From the NCBI GenBank assembly GCA_964525225.1, contig CAZGDX010000003.1:1-32000 (forward strand): 32,000 bases of DNA, read 5' to 3'. Under the pieces are notes generated by a model. It was not told where the DNA came from. It searched no databases and saw only the letters and a program-made list of their open reading frames with translations. A program made the position numbers and the translations under genes. Positions 17,391 to 24,441 of the stretch are shown piece by piece; position 1 is the first letter of the stretch, and every line of letters begins with the position of its first letter. The stretch comes from an uncultured Gammaproteobacteria bacterium (GTDB taxonomy: Bacteria; Patescibacteriota; Patescibacteriia; DYHP01).

Positions 17391-18902
17391 ATGAAAAATT
17401 TAGAGACGGTAATCGGACTTGAAATTCATGTTCAGTTAAAAACAAAATCTAAAATGTTCTGCGCCTGCGACAATACCGGAGAAAACCAGCCGGCAAACAC
17501 CACGGTTTGCCCGATTTGCATGGGACATCCGGGCGTGCTTCCTGTCGCTAACGAACAGGCGATAAAGTTCGGCGTTCTTGCCGGACTTGCTTTAAATTCC
17601 ACGATTCCCGCTAAATCAAAATTTGACCGTAAAAATTATTTCTATCCGGATTCTCCTAAGGCCTATCAAATTTCCCAATTTGACGAACCGGTTGCTATTG
17701 GCGGATTTTTGGAAATAGAAATCCCGGGCGCGAAAAACAATGAAAGAAAAACCGCGAAAATCGGCATTACCCGCGCGCATTTAGAAGAAGATGCGGCCAA
17801 GTTGCAGCATTCCGATGACGGAAAATCCAGCTTCGTGGACTACAACCGTTGCGGAACTCCCCTTTTGGAAATTGTCACCGAACCGGATTTTAAAACTCCG
17901 CTTGAAGCAAAAATTTTCTTGCAGGAACTCCGCCTGATAATGCGCTATCTTGGAGTTTCTGACGCGGATATGGAAAAAGGGCATTTGCGGTGCGATGCCA
18001 ATATTTCTCTCCGCGAATCCGGAGGACCATTTAATCCCAAGACAGAAATCAAAAATCTTAACTCCTTCAAATCCGTAGAGCGCGCTTTGGAATATGAAAT
18101 CAAAAGACAAACCGAACTTGCCGGAGAGGGAAATTTACCAAAATTCCAGTCAACCCGCGGGTGGAACGAAAAAAAAGGGATAACCGAAGAGCAACGGACA
18201 AAAGAAGAAGCGCATGATTACCGCTATTTTCCGGAACCGGATTTGCCGCCATTTGAACTTTCTGAAATTAAAAACGCGCTTAATTTGCCGGAATTACCGG
18301 CGGCCAAACGCAAAAGATTTGTTGAAGAATACGATTTTTCATTATCCGATGCCAGGACTTTAACCGATGATATTCATCTCGCCGATTACACCGAGCAAGT
18401 TATTTCCGAACTCCGCTCGTGGCTTTCCACCCTTCCCGAAACCGAGGGCTCTGAAGAAGAAATTTGGGCCAAGAATAAAAACAAAATGGCAAAATTGGTT
18501 TCTGGCTGGCTTTTATCAAAACTTGGCGGGCTTATGGCGGACAATAAAATTTCAATCCGCGCGCTTAAAATCACTCCTGAAAATTTTGCTGAATTTCTGT
18601 CTTTAATTTATACAAACCGGCTCGGAAGTTCCGCGGCAATGACCGTGCTTACCGATATGCTTTTAAACAGCGCCGACCCGACGCACGTGATGGAAGACAA
18701 AAAACTCGGGCAAATGAGCGATTCGGACGAAATTGAAAAAGTGGTTGAAAGAGTGATATCAAACAATCCGAAACAAACCGCTGAATACAAAAGCGGGAGG
18801 GTTCAAATTTTACAGTTCCTTGTTGGCATGGTAATGAAAGAAACCGAAGGCAGAGCCAATCCAAAAATCGTATCAGATCTTTTAAAAGAAAAACTAAAAT
18901 AG
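17391..18902 (+). CDS. gatB: Asp-tRNA(Asn)/Glu-tRNA(Gln) amidotransferase subunit B
   Basis: IGLEIHVQL, CPICMGHPGVLPV, HLEEDAAK and a C-terminal YqeY-like tail. No gatA or gatC is adjacent. Confidence 0.95.
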   Translation: MKNLETVIGLEIHVQLKTKSKMFCACDNTGENQPANTTVCPICMGHPGVLPVANEQAIKFGVLAGLALNSTIPAKSKFDRKNYFYPDSPKAYQISQFDEPVAIGGFLEIEIPGAKNNERKTAKIGITRAHLEEDAAKLQHSDDGKSSFVDYNRCGTPLLEIVTEPDFKTPLEAKIFLQELRLIMRYLGVSDADMEKGHLRCDANISLRESGGPFNPKTEIKNLNSFKSVERALEYEIKRQTELAGEGNLPKFQSTRGWNEKKGITEEQRTKEEAHDYRYFPEPDLPPFELSEIKNALNLPELPAAKRKRFVEEYDFSLSDARTLTDDIHLADYTEQVISELRSWLSTLPETEGSEEEIWAKNKNKMAKLVSGWLLSKLGGLMADNKISIRALKITPENFAEFLSLIYTNRLGSSAAMTVLTDMLLNSADPTHVMEDKKLGQMSDSDEIEKVVERVISNNPKQTAEYKSGRVQILQFLVGMVMKETEGRANPKIVSDLLKEKLK

Positions 18903-18917
18903 AAAAAGGAGGACAAA

Positions 18918-19346
18918 TTGAGCAAAAAAATAAGCAAAAATAAAAAACACTTTTTGTTTATAATGGAAAAAATTTACCAGATTTTGGAATCAAAAAAAAT
19001 TAAAATTGCTATTTGCCCAATGTCCGTTTCCGGTTTATATGATCCTAAAAACGACCATATCTATCTTAATCCAACCGAGGACTTGTTGCCTGTCCTCATA
19101 CACGAATGTCTGCACTGTTTGATAGAACATGGCAAAATCAAAATGAAACCGTCAAAAAGACACGATAAAGAAAACGAAGAAACCAAAATAGAAGACGAGG
19201 AGGATTTTATCTGGGATGTTGTGATACTTTGTAAAAAGTATCTAAATACACGCCATTCTGCCAAACTTCTACGGCTTTTAATGGAAAATCTGACGACGCA
19301 AACTAGAACATACGATAAAAGATACGATATAAAATACCCCCGCTAA
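18918..19346 (+). CDS. small HExxH protein (minimal SprT/WLM-like zinc-peptidase candidate)
   Basis: TTG start 5 nt after an AAGGAGG Shine-Dalgarno. Motif SGLYDPKNDHIYLNPTEDLLPVLIHECLHCLIEH resembles SprT-like layouts. The C-terminal half is charged. Confidence 0.55.
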   Translation: MSKKISKNKKHFLFIMEKIYQILESKKIKIAICPMSVSGLYDPKNDHIYLNPTEDLLPVLIHECLHCLIEHGKIKMKPSKRHDKENEETKIEDEEDFIWDVVILCKKYLNTRHSAKLLRLLMENLTTQTRTYDKRYDIKYPR

Positions 19347-19414
19347 CAGCGAGGGTATTTATATTTTGGCTCTTCATTGCCAAATATTTTTAAATTTAAG
19401 GCGGGTTATATTCT

Positions 19415-20338
19415 TCATTTTTTCAAAAAATTTTTTATTTCCTTTAATGCTTCTTTTTGATTCTTTACCCATCTGATTGTTTTGTCCCGTTTAAACCAAG
19501 TTATCTGCCGTTTTGCGTAATGCCGCGTATCCCGGGCAACCACGGGACGCAGATCTGCGTCCCCTACTTCTTTTCTAAAATACATTCCAATTTGTCTATA
19601 ACCAATTCCAGACATTGACGGCAAAGTCCAGATTTTCTTTTCCGACATCCCTTTCTTTTTTAATCTCTTAACAATTCCTAAAACTTCTCCGATTAAGCCG
19701 TTTTTAAACATTTCTTCCGCGCGGAAATCTATTCTCTTATAAAGCTCCGGCCGAGGAATTGAAATTCCAATCTGAAGCGCGTTAAAAATCGGCTCGCCGA
19801 TTTTTCCGATTTCGGAAAACTTTTGTCCGGTTTTTATGCAAACTTCAAGCGCACGGATAATTTTTCTTTTATTCTTTCCTATTTTTTCCACGGATTTCAA
19901 ATCTAATTTCTTTAATTGCTCTATCAGATTTTCCAAGCTTTCTTTTTCCAATTTAGCCCGTAATTTTTTATCCGGAGGAATATTTGGAATTTCCAGATTT
20001 TTCACAATTGCATCAATATAAAGACCGGTCCCGCCGACTAAAAACGGAATTTTTCCTCGTTTTACGATATCTTTAACAGCTTTTACCGCTTTTTCTTTAA
20101 AATCCGCCAGACCGAATTCTTCGTAAGGATAAACCATATCAATTAAATGGTGTTTTATTTCTTTTTGTTCTGCTTTTGACGGTTTGGCAGTGCCGATATT
20201 CATCCATTTATAAATTGTCCGCGAATCCGCGCACACAATCTCACCATTAAATTTCTTTGCCAATTCAATAGCAAGGCCGGTTTTTCCAGACGCGGTTGAA
20301 CCTAAAATTACTATGAGTTTTGAAAATTTTTTATTCAT
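19415..20338 (-). CDS. miaA: tRNA dimethylallyltransferase
   Basis: P-loop GSTASGKT, CADSRTIY..MNIGTAKP, GGTGLY and YAKRQITWF blocks. It carries an in-frame palindromic repeat (VGDADLRPV) at 19544-19566. Confidence 0.93.
   Translation of the reverse strand: MNKKFSKLIVILGSTASGKTGLAIELAKKFNGEIVCADSRTIYKWMNIGTAKPSKAEQKEIKHHLIDMVYPYEEFGLADFKEKAVKAVKDIVKRGKIPFLVGGTGLYIDAIVKNLEIPNIPPDKKLRAKLEKESLENLIEQLKKLDLKSVEKIGKNKRKIIRALEVCIKTGQKFSEIGKIGEPIFNALQIGISIPRPELYKRIDFRAEEMFKNGLIGEVLGIVKRLKKKGMSEKKIWTLPSMSGIGYRQIGMYFRKEVGDADLRPVVARDTRHYAKRQITWFKRDKTIRWVKNQKEALKEIKNFLKK
19544..19566. repeat. palindromic repeat family 2, copy 2, in frame in miaA
   Basis: gggacgcagatctgcgtccccta read on the minus strand as VGDADLRPV, just upstream of the conserved TRHYAKRQITWF block. 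Confidence 0.85.
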
Positions 20339-21659
20339 TGTATTTACCTTTTAAAATCCATTCTTTCGCCTCTTTTATTTTAATCTTGACTAATTTTCCA
20401 ATCAAATTTTTATCTCCCGGGAATTCCACGAATTTCATCTCGCGCGACCACCCTGAACAATTTCCGTGTTCAATCCTTTCCACCAACACTTCAACCTCTT
20501 GTCCAATATATTTTTGATTTTTCCGAAACGTGGTCTGTCTCATAAATTCCTGCAACATATGCCATCTTTTCTTTTTTTCTTCTCTGGATATATCATCTTT
20601 CAGAGTTTTGGCCGCAACAGTTCCGGAACGCGGGGAATAAATTCCAAGATAAGCAATATCAAAATCGGCTTTTTTGTATAAATCCAAAGTATTTTGAAAT
20701 TTGTTTTCCCCTTCTCCGGAAAAACCAATAATAATATCGGTTCCAATCGCGATTTCCGGCCGTTTGGCGCGTATCTTATCTATAATTTTAAGATAATCTT
20801 CACGGGAATAAGGCCGGTTCATTTTTTTAAGAATTTCATCATCACCCGACTGAACCGCCAGATGCAGATAATTTATCTGATTCGGCAATACAAGCGCGTC
20901 TATTATCTCGTCATTCATATAAATCGGGTGCGCCGAAGTAAAATGCACCCGCTTGATTTCATTAATTTGATTTATCTCCCATAGCAGGGCGGCAAAGTGG
21001 TCTTTGTATGGATTATTTTTACTGAAATTTTCCGGGTCGTTTGCTTTATAATTATTTACCACTTGCCCCAGAAGTTCTATGGAAATACATCCGTTTTCCG
21101 CCAGGTTTTTTACTTCCTCCAAAACATCTTTAACCGGACGGCATTTTTCTCTTCCTCGCGCATACGGCACCGCGCAATATGAGCACATTCGGTCGCATCC
21201 GGTTTGTATCGGAACAAAAGCATGAAATTTTGAAGAATATCTTGGGACAACGGAAAAATAGCTTTCTGGATTCCCGCCTTCGCGGGAATGAAACAGTGCC
21301 CACTCCGGTCTCAATTCCGCAAGTTTAGACGGAAGCTCGTTAAGCTCGGAAATCGGGAAATATAAATCCAAACCCGGCATTTTATCTTTAAATTTTTTTT
21401 CCTTATCCCTGCCCGGCATACAACCGGTTATTGCCACAATCAACTCCGGATTCTGTTTCTTCAGAGCCATATAATTCTTAACCAGCCCAAAAATCCTGTC
21501 TTCAGCCGCTTGCCGCACAGAGCAGGAATTTAAAATAATCAAATCCGCTTCTTTGTCTTTATCAGTTTTTATAAATCCAAAACCTTCCAAAAGTCCCTGG
21601 ATGCGCTCGGAATCGGATTTATTCATCTGGCAGCCGAATGTGGCCAAAAAATACTTCAT
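20331..21659 (-). CDS. miaB: tRNA-i6A37 methylthiotransferase (radical SAM MTTase)
   Basis: N-terminal TFGCQMNKSDSE, radical-SAM cluster GCDRMCSYCAVP and a C-terminal TRAM domain. It overlaps miaA by 8 nt. It carries an in-frame palindromic repeat (FHSREGGNPE) at 21267-21291. Confidence 0.93.
   Translation of the reverse strand: MKYFLATFGCQMNKSDSERIQGLLEGFGFIKTDKDKEADLIILNSCSVRQAAEDRIFGLVKNYMALKKQNPELIVAITGCMPGRDKEKKFKDKMPGLDLYFPISELNELPSKLAELRPEWALFHSREGGNPESYFSVVPRYSSKFHAFVPIQTGCDRMCSYCAVPYARGREKCRPVKDVLEEVKNLAENGCISIELLGQVVNNYKANDPENFSKNNPYKDHFAALLWEINQINEIKRVHFTSAHPIYMNDEIIDALVLPNQINYLHLAVQSGDDEILKKMNRPYSREDYLKIIDKIRAKRPEIAIGTDIIIGFSGEGENKFQNTLDLYKKADFDIAYLGIYSPRSGTVAAKTLKDDISREEKKKRWHMLQEFMRQTTFRKNQKYIGQEVEVLVERIEHGNCSGWSREMKFVEFPGDKNLIGKLVKIKIKEAKEWILKGKYNE
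21267..21291. repeat. palindromic repeat family 1, copy 3, in frame in miaB (read on the opposite strand)
   Basis: tggattcccgccttcgcgggaatga, with the same plus-strand orientation as the other copies. It is translated on the minus strand as FHSREGGNPE, in the linker between the MTTase N-domain and the radical-SAM domain. Confidence 0.9.
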
Positions 21660-21794
21660 ACCCGGTATATCAACATCCGGAGCGTAAAATGTTAGCGATT
21701 ATCCCCGTTTCATTAAAATGATGATAATGCTAATCAAAAATTGTTTTTTTAGATTTATGGCTCGATAATACCGGATGTTGTATTACCGGGCATA
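21660..21794 (-). promoter_or_regulatory. IR-bounded leader cassette, copy A, abutting the miaB ATG
   Basis: Arms are 21661-21680 and 21771-21790, pairing as 7 bp + 3x3 mismatch + 10 bp, with a 90-nt spacer and CATA on both flanks. A paralogous copy lies at 25636-25774, and all arm differences between the two are compensated. Confidence 0.7.
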
Positions 21795-21802
21795 TTTAAG
21801 CA

Positions 21803-21831
21803 ATTATAACCCCAAACCCCAAATAAATCAA
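21803..21831 (-). promoter_or_regulatory. predicted promoter of the miaB-miaA operon
   Basis: On the minus strand TTGATT, 17 nt, TATAAT. The -10 ends 9 nt before the AUG embedded in the 5' arm of leader cassette A. Confidence 0.6.
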
Positions 21832-21842
21832 CCCTAAAACAA

Positions 21843-21865
21843 AAAGACGGTTTTAAACCGTCTTT
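21843..21865 (-). terminator. rho-independent terminator ending the thrS operon
   Basis: aaagacgg-ttttaaa-ccgtcttt followed by a T-rich tract on the minus strand. Confidence 0.65.
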
Positions 21866-21869
21866 GACA

Positions 21870-22514
21870 CTAGTTGAAATAATACTTGATGCCAACCGCA
21901 AAAATCAAATTCACGCCAACATCCCGAAAAATATCGCGGAATCCGCCCCGAAACTCACTTAAAACATGGTCAGAACTTCTATCTACAAAATCTTCCAAAT
22001 TCATTAAATCGTCCAAAGTAAAATTTTCCTCTATTTCCCGCACCGCATTCCTGCCTCGTCTTGAAGCATAAGCTCCTATGCGTTCGGGGTCCGGGATAAA
22101 GAACCTGAGATTCAAAGAGACAAAAAAATTACGCAGTCGCGGGATTGGAATATCCAATCCGGTTCCAACAACAATATCAAATTTTCTATCTATATCCAAA
22201 TTTGAAAACGGCCTGGTATCCATTGGAAAATATAATCCAAAATCGAACAAGTGCCAATTAATATGTCGCGAACGGATAATATCAATAAGCAAAACGATTT
22301 CAATTCCTCTGGCAACAAAATACCCCATTTCCAACTCAAACGGCGTAAATCGTTCAAAACGCGCATGCAAGGTCATGTTCCCTCCCACGTTGGGATGGGC
22401 AAAATTCGTAAACATGCAGCTTCCGGCGCCGACTCTGATAATTGGCGAATCGTTGGCCTCGCTTACCGAAGGAATTGATAATAAGAAAAATAACACGCCA
22501 ACGACTGTTTTCAT
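21870..22514 (-). CDS. hypothetical secreted beta-rich protein
   Basis: Start chosen at MKTVVGVLFFLLSIPSVSEA (AGGAG Shine-Dalgarno upstream) rather than 22568. Signal peptide present. Alternating hydrophobic pattern and C-terminal ...GIKYYFN are reminiscent of beta-barrel proteins. Followed by a terminator. Confidence 0.6.
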   Translation of the reverse strand: MKTVVGVLFFLLSIPSVSEANDSPIIRVGAGSCMFTNFAHPNVGGNMTLHARFERFTPFELEMGYFVARGIEIVLLIDIIRSRHINWHLFDFGLYFPMDTRPFSNLDIDRKFDIVVGTGLDIPIPRLRNFFVSLNLRFFIPDPERIGAYASRRGRNAVREIEENFTLDDLMNLEDFVDRSSDHVLSEFRGGFRDIFRDVGVNLIFAVGIKYYFN

Positions 22515-22580
22515 TCTTTTCTCCTCTTTTTTTAATGTGCGACTACGGCGAAAAACAGAAAAAATCATGTTTTTCGCAAT

Positions 22581-24434
22581 TTATTTTTTCTTCTCTATTT
22601 CGTCCTTACATCTTTCAATAAATTGTTTCAACGACATCTGTTTTGTTTCTTTTCTGCCTCGTATTCTGATATTTAATTTTTTGACGTTCGTCCAAATCCC
22701 GCTTTTTGGCGCTTCTTTATCGCCTATCACAAGCATGTATGGAATTTTCTCTTTTTCCGCTTTGCGGATTTTATACCCAACGGTCTCGCCACTCAAATCA
22801 ACACAAACTCTCGCGCCTTCGGCTCGTAAAATTTGCGCCAATTTTTCCGCTGTCTTATTGTGTTTTTCGCCAACCGGAATAATCTGAATCTGCACAGGTG
22901 AAAGCCAAATCGGAAACGCGCCGGCATAATGTTCTATCATTACTCCCAAAAATCTCTCAAAAGACCCAAAAAGCGCGCGGTGAAGCATGTATGGGCGTTC
23001 TTCCTCGCCTTTTTCATTCGTGAAGACCAAATCAAATTTTTCCGGCAAATTGAAATCAAACTGCAAAGTGGAACATTGCCATTCTCTGCCAAGGCAATCT
23101 TTTATTTTAAAATCCAGTTTCGGGCCATAGAAAGCCGCCTCGCCTTCTTCTTTCACGAAATTCAGTTTCTTTTTTTTAGCCACTTGTTCCAAGACGGTTT
23201 GCGTAAAATTCCAGCCCTCGTCATTTCCCGCGTATTTCTTTTTATTTTTCGGGTCGCGCAAAGACAGATAAACATTATATTCTTTAAACCCGAATGTCTT
23301 AAGCATAAAAGAAATAAAATCTATAACTCTTTCCAATTCTTTTTCAACTTCCGATTTCCGGCAAATAATATGCGCGTCATCCTGAGTAAAACCGCGAACG
23401 CGAGTAAGACCGGAAACTTCTCCCGATTTTTCATAGCGGTAAACCGTTCCGCATTCAGCCCAACGGATCGGCAAATCACGGTATGATTTCTTGGAAGAAT
23501 TATAAAGTTTTACGTGAAAAGGACAGTTCATTGGTTTCAAAAGATATTCTTCTTTAACCCGATTTCTCTTTCCTTGTTTCGTTTCTTCAAGCGACTGTCC
23601 TATTTCTATCGGCGGATACATGCTCTCCGAATAAAATCCCCAGTGTCCGGATGTCTCCCAAAGAGACCGCGAGCCAATGTGCGGCGTGCGGACCAAATCA
23701 TATCCGTTTTTCAGATGCTCTTTATACCAAAATTCCTCCATCAACCTCCAAATCAGCGCGCCTTTCGGCAACCACATCGGCAATCCTACGCCGACTTGCT
23801 GGTCCACGACAAACAAATTCAAATCTTTTCCGAGTTTTTTGTGGTCCCTGCGCTCGGCTTCTTCCAAAAAATTAAGATATTCATCCAAATCTTTTTGCGT
23901 TTTAAAAGCCGTACCGTAAAGTCGCGTAAGCATTTTGTTTTGTTCGTCGCCCCGCCAATACGCGCCGGCTATTTTCAAAAGTTTAAAAACTTTAACTTCT
24001 CCTGAAGATTTAAGATGCGGGCCCCTGCACAAATCAACAAATTTTCCGGTTTTATAAATCGTAACTTTTTCCAGATGATTTTTTCCGGCCTTCTCCTTGC
24101 TCTTTTCGGTTGTTCCGCGCGTTTCCAAATCTTTAATCAAATCAATTTTATAATCTTGTTTCAATTCTCCGAAAATTCCCATCGCTTCGGCAATAGAAAT
24201 TTCCCGCCGTTCAAACAACTCGTTTCTTTTTACGATTTCTTTCATTTTCTTTTCTATTTTTTCCAAGTCCTTTTCGCCGATTTCGCGAGGCAATTCAAAA
24301 TCATAGTAAAATCCGTTTTCTATTGTCGGACCAATTCCGAATTTTGATCCCGGATACAATTCCAAAACCGCGGCCGCGAGAACGTGGGCGGTTGAATGGC
24401 GGAGAATTTCTAAAGACGCGTCATTTTTCTTCAT
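22581..24434 (-). CDS. thrS: threonine--tRNA ligase (short form without TGS domain)
   Basis: The protein begins at the editing-domain HSTAHVLA block. Class II core and anticodon-binding domain are conserved (YRYEKSGEVSGLTRVRGFTQDD, FYGPKLDF). Confidence 0.95.
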   Translation of the reverse strand: MKKNDASLEILRHSTAHVLAAAVLELYPGSKFGIGPTIENGFYYDFELPREIGEKDLEKIEKKMKEIVKRNELFERREISIAEAMGIFGELKQDYKIDLIKDLETRGTTEKSKEKAGKNHLEKVTIYKTGKFVDLCRGPHLKSSGEVKVFKLLKIAGAYWRGDEQNKMLTRLYGTAFKTQKDLDEYLNFLEEAERRDHKKLGKDLNLFVVDQQVGVGLPMWLPKGALIWRLMEEFWYKEHLKNGYDLVRTPHIGSRSLWETSGHWGFYSESMYPPIEIGQSLEETKQGKRNRVKEEYLLKPMNCPFHVKLYNSSKKSYRDLPIRWAECGTVYRYEKSGEVSGLTRVRGFTQDDAHIICRKSEVEKELERVIDFISFMLKTFGFKEYNVYLSLRDPKNKKKYAGNDEGWNFTQTVLEQVAKKKKLNFVKEEGEAAFYGPKLDFKIKDCLGREWQCSTLQFDFNLPEKFDLVFTNEKGEEERPYMLHRALFGSFERFLGVMIEHYAGAFPIWLSPVQIQIIPVGEKHNKTAEKLAQILRAEGARVCVDLSGETVGYKIRKAEKEKIPYMLVIGDKEAPKSGIWTNVKKLNIRIRGRKETKQMSLKQFIERCKDEIEKKK

Positions 24435-24441
24435 ATTATTT

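Noticed and set aside
21660-21794. Reading the IR-bounded cassettes as classical promoter inversion switches (invertons).
   Set aside because: For copy A the best promoter (TTGATT-17-TATAAT) lies outside the IR-flanked segment, so flipping the segment would not reorient it. No invertase or recombinase gene is in the window, and phase variation of miaB or thrS is biologically implausible. It is not fully excluded, because copy B has an internal TATAAT, so read-pair orientation checks are still suggested.
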